This document shows, in pieces, positions 43,866 to 52,000 of a DNA stretch of 56,845 nt. Every line of letters starts with the position of its first letter. The first letter of the stretch is position 1. The notes beneath the pieces were generated by a model, which worked only from the letters and a program-made list of their open reading frames with translations, did no database searches and was not told where the DNA came from. The position numbers were made by a program, and so were the translations under genes. Source of the stretch: a virus (lineage: Duplodnaviria > Caudoviricetes); the IMG/VR virus record IMGVR_UViG_3300030109_003433, positions 1-56,845 of that record; one strand, 5' to 3'.

Positions 43866-44914
43866 GTGAAGAGCAGGCAGTTGAGCAGACGGAAGCAAGA
43901 ACTTCTTTTGAGGATAAATTTCTGGGAGTTCGGCACAAAATAAATACGAAGCAGGATGAGGTCGTAGAAGAGCCTAATCCTGAATTTGACCTTGAGGTGG
44001 TGGATGACAGACCACCAGAGGATCGCAGACCTCCCAAGAAAGAAGAGGCATCTTCCCAAGAAGATGAAGAAGAGCTTGAAGGGTACAGCGAGAAAGTAAA
44101 GAAGCGCATTAATAAGCTAAAGTACGAGCAACACGAAGAGCGTAGACAGCGTGAAGCGGCTGAGAAAATGCGTGAAGAAGCAGTTCGGGTGGCACAACAA
44201 TATGCCAACCAAAACCAACAGTATCAGCACATTATCCAGAATGGGGAGGCTATGTTAGTCACCCAGATCAAAGATCGTGCGGCTTTAGCTGTTGAGCAGG
44301 CAAAGGCTCAGTATAAAGAAGCCTATGAGTCGGGGGAGACTGATAAGGTAGTGGAAGCTCAAGATGCGTTGTTAAACGCTAATTCTGAGCTTAGGGAAGC
44401 CAATAATTACGAAACTCAGTTTAACCAAAGAAAGCAACAATACGACCAGTATGTGCAGTCTATGGGGCAACAGCCTCAGCAACCAGCACAGCAACCAATG
44501 CAAGAGCCTCAGCAAATGGCTCCTAAGCCGACTGAGAAAGCAACGCAGTGGGCGAAAAACAATCCCTGGTTTGGGGATGAAGAGCATAAAGACATGACTG
44601 CCTTAGCTTACGGAGTTCATGAAAAACTGGTTAAGAATCATGGGTTTGACCCAGATTCTGAAGAATATTTTCAAGAAATAGATCGCACTATGCGGTCTAA
44701 ATTTCCTGAATATTTTGGGGAGGAAGATGGTCAACAAGTGCAGACCCCTTCACCTTCCCGAAGAAGTTCGACGGTAGTAGCACCAGCGTCAAGAAACAAT
44801 GGTGCAAAGCCGCGCAAAGTGAAGTTAACGCAGACCCAGGTGAATCTCGCTAAACGCCTTGGGTTAACCAATGAACAATATGCCAAACAACTCATACAAG
44901 AGGAACTAAGATAA
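43862..44914 (+). CDS. Capsid scaffolding protein
   Basis: Acidic N-terminus, coiled coil, W...NPWF, C-terminal LT..Q...AKRLG; synteny. Confidence 0.75.
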   Translation: MSEEQAVEQTEARTSFEDKFLGVRHKINTKQDEVVEEPNPEFDLEVVDDRPPEDRRPPKKEEASSQEDEEELEGYSEKVKKRINKLKYEQHEERRQREAAEKMREEAVRVAQQYANQNQQYQHIIQNGEAMLVTQIKDRAALAVEQAKAQYKEAYESGETDKVVEAQDALLNANSELREANNYETQFNQRKQQYDQYVQSMGQQPQQPAQQPMQEPQQMAPKPTEKATQWAKNNPWFGDEEHKDMTALAYGVHEKLVKNHGFDPDSEEYFQEIDRTMRSKFPEYFGEEDGQQVQTPSPSRRSSTVVAPASRNNGAKPRKVKLTQTQVNLAKRLGLTNEQYAKQLIQEELR

Positions 44915-45366
44915 TGGCTGAACAGCGCACCCCAAGGTCTGAGGATGACCGTAAAGTAGAAGAGAGAAGCAGTGATTCATGGGTTCCACCATCCGTTCTC
45001 CCAACCCCTGCCCCGCAGGATGGGTGGGTTTTCAGATGGGTTAGAACCAGCACACTGGGAAATTCAGACAACACCAATGTTTCACAGAAGTTTCGTGAAG
45101 GTTGGCAACCTGTAAGGTCAGAAGATCATCCTGAGCTTCAGGTAATGTCTGATATTGAATCTCGTTTTGAAGGAAACATTGAAATAGGTGGTTTATTGCT
45201 TTGCAAAGCTCCAGAAGAAAAAATGGCGCAAAGGCAAAAGCATTATCAAGATGTTGCCTCACAGCAGATGCAGTCTGTTGACAACAGCTTTATGAAAGAA
45301 AATGATCCGCGTATGCCTCTCCTCAAACCTGATCGAACTACGCGCACCACTTTTGGTCGAGGATAA
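44914..45366 (+). CDS. Head-module hypothetical protein
   Basis: FRWVR, REGW.PV, GGLLLCK; between scaffold and capsid. Confidence 0.75.
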   Translation: MAEQRTPRSEDDRKVEERSSDSWVPPSVLPTPAPQDGWVFRWVRTSTLGNSDNTNVSQKFREGWQPVRSEDHPELQVMSDIESRFEGNIEIGGLLLCKAPEEKMAQRQKHYQDVASQQMQSVDNSFMKENDPRMPLLKPDRTTRTTFGRG

Positions 45367-45377
45367 ATCCTCTTTTT
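45359..45377 (+). terminator. Weak intrinsic terminator
   Basis: GAGGA-TAAA-TCCTC-TTTTT. Confidence 0.4.
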
Positions 45378-45406
45378 AATAATTTCACATCTTTAGGAGA
45401 TGAGTT

Positions 45407-45985
45407 ATGGCAACTTCAGCCGCCCCTACTGGGGCTGAACCTGTAGGCACGTTAAGTGCTAGCGGTTCTTTTACTGGCAAAGTTCGCCACATTAAAATTG
45501 CAAGTGGTTATAGCACGGCAATTTTTTATGGCGATTTTGTAAAATTAGTTAGCTCTGGAACTGTGGAGAAAGACACAGGAACAACTTCTTTGACACCTGT
45601 TGGTGTCTTTATGGGTTGTTCTTACACAGATCCTAGTACCAGCCAGCTAACATTTAACCAGACCTTTCCCGCAAGCACAGCGGCTTCTGACATCATGGCG
45701 TATGTTCTTGATGATCCGAATGTTCTGATGCGTATGCAAGGAGATGCTACTTTGGCTCAGACTACACTTGGAAACAATGTAGCTGTAGTTCAAACGGCTG
45801 GTTCAACCTCAATTGGTCGCAGTAAGAATGCAGTTGATTCTAGCACTGTGGCTACAACTAACACACTGCCGTTAAGGATCATTGACTTTGTTGATGGCCC
45901 TACTAGCACAGTGGGTGATGCGTTTACAGATGTCATCGTTAAGTTTAACGTAGGACATATATACGTTAACACCACTGGCATATAA
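45407..45985 (+). CDS. Capsid decoration/minor capsid protein
   Basis: AGGAG SD; IFYGD.V, GVF.GC.Y, DDP; immediately before the major capsid gene. Confidence 0.65.
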   Translation: MATSAAPTGAEPVGTLSASGSFTGKVRHIKIASGYSTAIFYGDFVKLVSSGTVEKDTGTTSLTPVGVFMGCSYTDPSTSQLTFNQTFPASTAASDIMAYVLDDPNVLMRMQGDATLAQTTLGNNVAVVQTAGSTSIGRSKNAVDSSTVATTNTLPLRIIDFVDGPTSTVGDAFTDVIVKFNVGHIYVNTTGI

Positions 45986-45997
45986 GGAGACTGACTA

Positions 45998-46936
45998 ATG
46001 GCTATTTCAAGAGCGCAGATGCTCAAAGAGCTGTTGCCAGGTCTTAATGCCCTGTTCGGCTTAGAGTATGAGAAGTATGAAGATGAGCATACGATGATTT
46101 ATGAAAGTGAATCATCAGATCGTTCATTTGAAGAGGAAGTAAAACTTTCGGGTTTTGCGGCGGCACCTGTTAAAGCTGAGGGAGCGGCAATTAGCTACGA
46201 CTCAGCGCAGGAGTCTTTTACTGCTAGATACAACCACGAAACCATTGCAATGGGATTTTCGATCACTGAAGAAGCTATGGAGGATAACCTCTATGATTCT
46301 TTATCTGCTCGTTACACCAAGGCATTGGCTCGTGGTATGGCGTATACCAAGCAAGTAAAAGCGGCTTTTCCTCTAAACAACGGTTTCACCAACTCATTCC
46401 AGTCTGGTGACGGGGTTAACCTGTTTACTGCATCTGGCGATGGTGTAACTGGTGGTGATGGACACCCGCTTGTAAGCGGCGGCAAGAACAGCAACCGTCC
46501 TGCGACAGCGGCTGATCTTAACGAAACTTCATTAGAAGATGCAGTGATTAACATTGCGGCGTTTACTGATGAGCGTGGACTTTTGATTGCGGCTCGTCCT
46601 AGACGATTAGTTGTTCCGCCTGCGTTGCAATTCGTTGCAACTCGTCTGCTAGATTCGGATTTGCGTACTGCAACAGCAGATAACGACATCAACGCAATCC
46701 GTAATAACGGAGCGATACCAGAAGGCTATTCAGTCAATCATTACTTGACTGACACAAACGCTTTCTTTGTTATCACTGACGTTCCAAATGGAATGAAGCA
46801 CTTTGAGCGTACTTCGCTTGAAACTTCTATGGACGGCGACTTTGACACAGGTAATGTTCGTTATAAAGCTAGAGAGCGGTATAGTTTTGGTGTATCTGAC
46901 CCTCTGGGAATCTATGGTTCTCCAGGTACATCGTAA
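45998..46936 (+). CDS. Major capsid protein
   Basis: MAISRAQMLKELLPGLNALFG, FSITEEA.EDNLY, LVVPPAL, DFDTGNVRYKARERYSFG. Confidence 0.9.
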   Translation: MAISRAQMLKELLPGLNALFGLEYEKYEDEHTMIYESESSDRSFEEEVKLSGFAAAPVKAEGAAISYDSAQESFTARYNHETIAMGFSITEEAMEDNLYDSLSARYTKALARGMAYTKQVKAAFPLNNGFTNSFQSGDGVNLFTASGDGVTGGDGHPLVSGGKNSNRPATAADLNETSLEDAVINIAAFTDERGLLIAARPRRLVVPPALQFVATRLLDSDLRTATADNDINAIRNNGAIPEGYSVNHYLTDTNAFFVITDVPNGMKHFERTSLETSMDGDFDTGNVRYKARERYSFGVSDPLGIYGSPGTS

Positions 46937-46942
46937 CCCTGC

Positions 46943-46968
46943 GGGGGGCTTTGTCCCCCCATTTTTTT
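46943..46968 (+). terminator. Intrinsic terminator after capsid gene
   Basis: GGGGGG-CTTTGT-CCCCCC-ATTTTTTT. Confidence 0.85.
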
Positions 46969-46983
46969 GTTCCATGTGGAACA
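46968..46983. promoter_or_regulatory. parS-like 16-bp palindrome
   Basis: TGTTCCATGTGGAACA, one mismatch from TGTTCCACGTGGAACA; intergenic. Confidence 0.6.
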
Positions 46984-46990
46984 TTTTAAT

Positions 46991-47030
46991 TTCCCTGACT
47001 GCGTAAGCAGACACTAGCCAAGACAGGAGA
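46991..47030 (+). ncRNA. Candidate cis-regulatory leader RNA covering the SD
   Basis: CCUG/CAGG outer helix, CUGC-GUAA-GCAG GNRA hairpin. Confidence 0.4.
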
Positions 47031-47035
47031 ATATA

Positions 47036-47563
47036 ATGGCTAATACAACTTTTAATGGCCCAGTCCGTTCAGAGAATGGATTTACGGTTATATCCAAAAA
47101 CAGTACAACAGGTACTGTTACAACTGAGTTCACCCTTGACGGAAACGGCTTGCAGGTCACTCCAGTTGCCTTAGCAGATACAACAGCTATTTCGCTAACA
47201 GCAACGGCTCATGGAGGAAGAACCTCTGTAGTTCCTGCTCTTTCAGCTAATTGCACTTTGACTTTGCCTAGTCCCTCTGCTGGTGTTTTCTTTAAGCTGG
47301 TTTACGGTGGTGCGGCAGAAGAGGCAGAAAATCTGATTATTGATACAGGATCAGACACAAACTTCTATCTTGGCGGCATCGTTCATCTTGACTCAAACGC
47401 AGATAATGTTTCTGTATATGCAGATGGAAACTCAAACTCAATCCTGACGTTAACGGATTTTGGTTTGTTTGAGATTAATGTACTGGCAAAAGATTCAACC
47501 AATTGGTATATCTGGGGCTATCAAGAAGGTGCGGATGTTCCTGCCTTCACTGACCAGTCATAA
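47036..47563 (+). CDS. Virion structural protein (head fibre/decoration-like)
   Basis: MANTTFNGPVRSENGF start; follows the capsid gene. Confidence 0.7.
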   Translation: MANTTFNGPVRSENGFTVISKNSTTGTVTTEFTLDGNGLQVTPVALADTTAISLTATAHGGRTSVVPALSANCTLTLPSPSAGVFFKLVYGGAAEEAENLIIDTGSDTNFYLGGIVHLDSNADNVSVYADGNSNSILTLTDFGLFEINVLAKDSTNWYIWGYQEGADVPAFTDQS

Positions 47564-47569
47564 TGACAC

Positions 47570-47594
47570 GGGGGCGAAAGCCCCCCTTTATTTT
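47570..47594 (+). terminator. Intrinsic terminator
   Basis: GGGGGC-GAAA-GCCCCC-CTTTATTTT. Confidence 0.8.
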
Positions 47595-47605
47595 GGAGAT
47601 ATACA

Positions 47606-48013
47606 ATGGCTGATGCAGTAACCTCTCAGACAATCCAAGATGGCGCACGAAACCTGATTATGAAGTTCACTAATGTTAGTGACGGTTCAGGCGAGTCTGC
47701 TGTTGCAAAAGTAGATGTATCTGCTTTGTCTGCTGATCCAATGACAGGTGCTACATGTACCCGCGTTGCGATTAGCAAAATACAGTTTTCTACAGTCGGC
47801 ATGAGCGTTAAAATAGAATTTGATGCTTCCACTAACGTGTTGGCGGCACACCTGCCAGCAGATTACGCTGACGAATTAGACTTTACCTCTTTTACTGGCA
47901 TACCTAATAATGCTGGTTCTGGTGTCACTGGAGACATCGACTTCACAACAGTCGGTCATAGTAGTGGTGATGCCTACACAGTGGTTTTAACAATGGTGAA
48001 ATCCTATGGCTAA
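47606..48013 (+). CDS. Virion structural protein
   Basis: MADAVTSQTIQDG..KFTNVSDG.GES; GGAG SD. Confidence 0.75.
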   Translation: MADAVTSQTIQDGARNLIMKFTNVSDGSGESAVAKVDVSALSADPMTGATCTRVAISKIQFSTVGMSVKIEFDASTNVLAAHLPADYADELDFTSFTGIPNNAGSGVTGDIDFTTVGHSSGDAYTVVLTMVKSYG

Positions 48014-48398
48014 AAAGCTGGAAATCTTTCAAAATGGGGTGCTACATGCAACTCAGCAACCTGTGTATCAGGTGGGTTTTAAAAACTCAGACGGTACTTA
48101 CACTCCGGTAATATTTGATCTGTTGACCGAAGCTCAGGCAAAAGCCAAGCTGAAAGAAATGGAGAAAGAATACCAGGTGGTTAGAGCGAGGAATGAAAAT
48201 GGTCATTACAGAGCTGATGACCCTGGTACACCTCAAGATGAATCAAGAACTGTCAAAAAGAAAAAAGCCCCAGCAAAGAAATCTCCAGCAAAGAAAGCCC
48301 CAACAAAGAAATCACCAGCAAAGAAAGCACCAGCAAAAAAGACAGCAACAAAGAAAGCTCCTGTTAAAAAGAAAGTTTCTGCAAAGAAAAGGAAATAG
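48006..48398 (+). CDS. Protein with histone H1-like KKAPA repeat tail
   Basis: RARN..G...ADDP.TP motif then KKAPA/KKSPA pentamers. Confidence 0.7.
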   Translation: MAKKLEIFQNGVLHATQQPVYQVGFKNSDGTYTPVIFDLLTEAQAKAKLKEMEKEYQVVRARNENGHYRADDPGTPQDESRTVKKKKAPAKKSPAKKAPTKKSPAKKAPAKKTATKKAPVKKKVSAKKRK

Positions 48399-48401
48399 AC
48401 T

Positions 48402-49076
48402 ATGGGTATGGGTGGCGCATTACAGCAAGGTTATAATCCGCAAGGAATGTATGATGTGGTTTACAATCCTGAAACAGAAAGTTTTGAGAATATAGGATTT
48501 ACACCTTCTGACAGACCTGCTATTCAATCCACCCCAGCAGGAGGCCCATCGAAAGGTGCGCCACAGCAAGGATACAATCCTTATGGAATGTATGGCAATC
48601 AAGGCGGATTTACTCCATCTGGTCAGCCTAGCGGTTTTGGTCGCTCTCCTTATTCTGTGCAAAATATAATACAAAGAGATAGAATGATGGGAGGTTATAA
48701 CCCTTATTCTATGGGCATGGTTCCTAACTATACCACAACCAGCTATATGAATCCGTATAGCAGTCCTTATTCAAGGTCATACTTTCCTCAGACAACAGGT
48801 TCTTTTTTTAGAAGCAACGCCCCAGCGTATGGGCTTTATGGTCAGCCAGAAACATTTGGAATGCCAGGCCCAGGATACCCAGATCCTTTTAATGTCAACC
48901 CTTATAGTGTTTATAATGTAATGGGAGGCCCAGCAAAAGGTTCGCCACAGCAAGGATATGGCGGCATTGGCATGTACAACCCTTCTTTGAGACCGCCGCC
49001 ACCACAAATGGGTGGAAAAGGCGGAGGACAGATACAACAAGGTTACAATCCGTATGCAATGTATGATCCAACATAA
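48402..49076 (+). CDS. Low-complexity G/P/Y/Q/M-rich protein
   Basis: QQGYNP repeats; fills the operon gap. Confidence 0.7.
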   Translation: MGMGGALQQGYNPQGMYDVVYNPETESFENIGFTPSDRPAIQSTPAGGPSKGAPQQGYNPYGMYGNQGGFTPSGQPSGFGRSPYSVQNIIQRDRMMGGYNPYSMGMVPNYTTTSYMNPYSSPYSRSYFPQTTGSFFRSNAPAYGLYGQPETFGMPGPGYPDPFNVNPYSVYNVMGGPAKGSPQQGYGGIGMYNPSLRPPPPQMGGKGGGQIQQGYNPYAMYDPT

Positions 49077-49104
49077 GAACCGCCCAGGCTTAAAGGAAAA
49101 ATAA

Positions 49105-49800
49105 ATGGCTACTAGCGGAACATTTAACTTTACCCTTGATCTTAGTGATATTATTGAAGAAGCGTATGAAAGGGCTGGTCTTGAACTGCGAAGCGGTTAC
49201 GACTACAAAACCGCAAGAAGAAGCCTTGATTTGCTTATGTTGGAGTGGCAAAACCGTGGGCTTAACCTATGGACAGTAAAGAACGCATCTCAAACTCTTA
49301 CCGCTGGCACATCGTCTTATGATTTAACAGCAGAAAAAATAGAAATTATAGAAGCATCTCTAAGAACGGATGCCGGAGATTCCAGCAATCAGTCAGATTT
49401 AACAATGGAAAGAATTTCTGTTGTTCAGTATTCTCATCTTACTAACAAGTTAACAGAAGGAAGACCATTACAATATTTTGTTGGCAGATCGCCAGATAAC
49501 ATAACAATTAACTTGTGGCCTGTTCCTGATTCTCAAGAAACATATGTATTTAATTATTACTATTTAGAAAGAATTGAAGATTCTGGAAAACCAGCGTCTA
49601 ATAATATAGATGTGCCTGACCGATATCTTCCCTGTCTTGTTTCAGGTTTGGCGTATAATATTGCATTAAAACGACCCGAATCAGCACAATACGTTCCTGC
49701 TTTAAAAGAAATATATGAAGAGCAATGGAATTTGGTTTCGGATGCCTTTAGAGAAAAGGCGGCTCTTTATGTTACGCCTGGAGGATACAACATATTATGA
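49105..49800 (+). CDS. Head-tail adaptor/tail tubular protein
   Basis: IIEEAYERAG, W.NRGLNLW, GRP.QY, LWPVPD, GLAY. Confidence 0.7.
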   Translation: MATSGTFNFTLDLSDIIEEAYERAGLELRSGYDYKTARRSLDLLMLEWQNRGLNLWTVKNASQTLTAGTSSYDLTAEKIEIIEASLRTDAGDSSNQSDLTMERISVVQYSHLTNKLTEGRPLQYFVGRSPDNITINLWPVPDSQETYVFNYYYLERIEDSGKPASNNIDVPDRYLPCLVSGLAYNIALKRPESAQYVPALKEIYEEQWNLVSDAFREKAALYVTPGGYNIL

Positions 49801-50141
49801 GCGTTTTTGCAGAGGGGAAAAGGGCATTTGGGTTTTGCGATAGAACAGGTTTTCGATACCCTTTGAGAGACCTGGTGCCGCAAATAATTAATGGAAGAGA
49901 TAGCGGTTTGCGTGTAGGCAGAGATGTGGTTGATGAAGATCAGCCACAGTACAAGTTGGGTCAAATTAGAGTTGGTGATGCACAGGCGTTAAGAAATCCT
50001 CGTCCAGATAAAAATTTTGCAGAGAGCAGAGCATTATCTGCATTCGACCCAGTAGGCGGAGGATTAACAGCATACGGAACAGAAACCCTGGGTCTTGATA
50101 TCAAGGGGGAGGTGGGCAAAGTGACGGTGAGTACCAGCTAA
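49797..50141 (+). CDS. Neck-module hypothetical protein
   Basis: GK.A.GFCDRTGFRY, D.QAL.NPRPD. Confidence 0.7.
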   Translation: MSVFAEGKRAFGFCDRTGFRYPLRDLVPQIINGRDSGLRVGRDVVDEDQPQYKLGQIRVGDAQALRNPRPDKNFAESRALSAFDPVGGGLTAYGTETLGLDIKGEVGKVTVSTS

Positions 50142-50797
50142 TGGCGTGGACATTTACAACTTTAAAGAATGCCTTGCAGGACTATCTGGAGACAACGGAA
50201 ACCACATTTGTTAATAATCTCCCTACTATTATCCTGCAAGCAGAGGACAGAATACTTAAATCGGTTCAGTTGCCTGATTTTAGAAAAAACGCCACAGGTA
50301 ATACATCTCAAGGAAACCAGTACCTTTCCATGCCATCTGATTTCTTGGCTCCGTATTCTTTGTCTGTGGATAACACTGGATATGAGTTTCTTATATTTAA
50401 AGATGTAAACTTTATACGACAAGCATATCCTGCTTCTTCGACGACTGGAACGCCAAAGTATTACGCAATATTTGATGAATCGAACTTTCTTTTAGCACCG
50501 ACACCTAACTACCTGACTGGCACAACAAACTACACGGTAGAGCTTCACTACTTTTATAAGCCAGAATCAATCACCACGGCATCAAGTGGAACAAGCTGGC
50601 TAGGCACAAATGCAGAGTCAACCTTGTTCTATGGGTGCTTAGTAGAAGCATACACCTTCCTAAAAGGTGATGCAGACGTTATGCAGATGTATATAGGAAG
50701 GTATGAAGATGCGTTAGGCAAGCTAAAGAATCTGGGCGAAAATTACGACACGACAGACAGCTATCGTTCTGGGGCGGTTAGGAACAAAAGAGCGTGA
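50141..50797 (+). CDS. Adaptor/tail tubular-like protein
   Basis: I.QAE.RI, P.DFL, GTPKYYA, APTP, YG.LVEA. Confidence 0.7.
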   Translation: MAWTFTTLKNALQDYLETTETTFVNNLPTIILQAEDRILKSVQLPDFRKNATGNTSQGNQYLSMPSDFLAPYSLSVDNTGYEFLIFKDVNFIRQAYPASSTTGTPKYYAIFDESNFLLAPTPNYLTGTTNYTVELHYFYKPESITTASSGTSWLGTNAESTLFYGCLVEAYTFLKGDADVMQMYIGRYEDALGKLKNLGENYDTTDSYRSGAVRNKRA

Positions 50798-51084
50798 TTA
50801 GTTCGTTAAGCGAAGCAGAGATAGGTTCTGTTGGAGTTCATACTACACATCAAAGAGGTATATCCCCAGAGGAAGTGGCGTCTAGGTGTGCAGACAAGAT
50901 TGTTTCTGTATCAGAAAGTGCTAATCCCCTGATAAGGGAGCAAGCTAATGCGTTTAAGCAGAACATACAGAAAGTAATTGAGTTTTATGTCAGGCAAGGA
51001 ATTAACGGATACAAAACCGATTTATACAATGAAGCGTTAAAGGCTGGAGATGACGGCCTAGCAAATATAATCAGGAGGCTATAA
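50794..51084 (+). CDS. Hypothetical protein
   Basis: Coupled ORF; TT..RG..PEE.A. Confidence 0.7.
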   Translation: MISSLSEAEIGSVGVHTTHQRGISPEEVASRCADKIVSVSESANPLIREQANAFKQNIQKVIEFYVRQGINGYKTDLYNEALKAGDDGLANIIRRL

Positions 51085-51518
51085 TGGCGTTTAGCGGAAA
51101 TTTCATGTGTACCAGCTTCAAGAAAGAATTAATGGAAGCTGTGCATAACTTTAAAAACTCTGGTGGCAACACCTTTAATATTGCTCTGTATACCAATAGT
51201 GCCAGCTTTAATGCGGCTACCACTGCGTATACCACCAGTAATGAGGTAAGTGGCACAGGTTATACTGCAAAAGGTGCTTCTCTTACTAGAGTAGATCCCA
51301 CGACAAGTAGCACTACGGCTTTTACAGATTTTGCTGACGTAACTTTTAGCTCATCATCTATTACGGCTAGAGGTGCTTTGATATTTAACGACAGTGCCAG
51401 TGGAGATCCAACTGTTTGCGTTTTGGATTTTGGTGCTGACAAGTCATCAACAAGTGGAGATTTTACAATCCAGTTCCCAACTGCTGACGCGAGTAACGCC
51501 ATTATCAGGATTGCCTGA
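51084..51518 (+). CDS. Virion structural protein
   Basis: MCTSFKKEL, IALYT, NEVSGTGYTA, VLDFG.DK; AGGAGG SD. Confidence 0.75.
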   Translation: MAFSGNFMCTSFKKELMEAVHNFKNSGGNTFNIALYTNSASFNAATTAYTTSNEVSGTGYTAKGASLTRVDPTTSSTTAFTDFADVTFSSSSITARGALIFNDSASGDPTVCVLDFGADKSSTSGDFTIQFPTADASNAIIRIA

Positions 51519-51988
51519 TGGCAGATGCTTTAGCCACCTATATTGGCTGGAATAGTTCTGGTCAAAGTTGGAACGGTGGTTCTTGGAACGTAGACCAAGC
51601 TATTGCTGGTGCTACAGCCTCGATAGGTAGCGTTAGCTTTGAAGGCGATGTAGTTGTAAGTCTTACAGGGGTTGCTGGCACAGGTGGCGTAGGAAGCGTT
51701 ACAGCAACTGGATCTGCGGTTACCGCTGTTACAGGAATTGCAGGAACAGGAGGAGTTGGCAGTGTCACCATAGAAGGTGATTCGTCTGTTTCAGTTACAG
51801 GCATTGCTGGAACTGGTGCTGTTGGTTCTGTCACGGTAGTTCCACAAACAATAGTTTCAGTTACAGGTATTTCGGCTACTGGAGAAGTAGGCACAAGTGT
51901 AGTCTGGGTGCAGATTAGTCCAAATGTAGGAACAAGCTGGTCAATAATTAGCCCATCGCAAAGTCCAAATTGGGAAGATGTTGCGTAA
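51518..51988 (+). CDS. Structural protein with V/T/G repeats
   Basis: (V)TGxxGTGxVGSV repeated about four times. Confidence 0.7.
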   Translation: MADALATYIGWNSSGQSWNGGSWNVDQAIAGATASIGSVSFEGDVVVSLTGVAGTGGVGSVTATGSAVTAVTGIAGTGGVGSVTIEGDSSVSVTGIAGTGAVGSVTVVPQTIVSVTGISATGEVGTSVVWVQISPNVGTSWSIISPSQSPNWEDVA

Positions 51989-52000
51989 GAGGATATAAAC

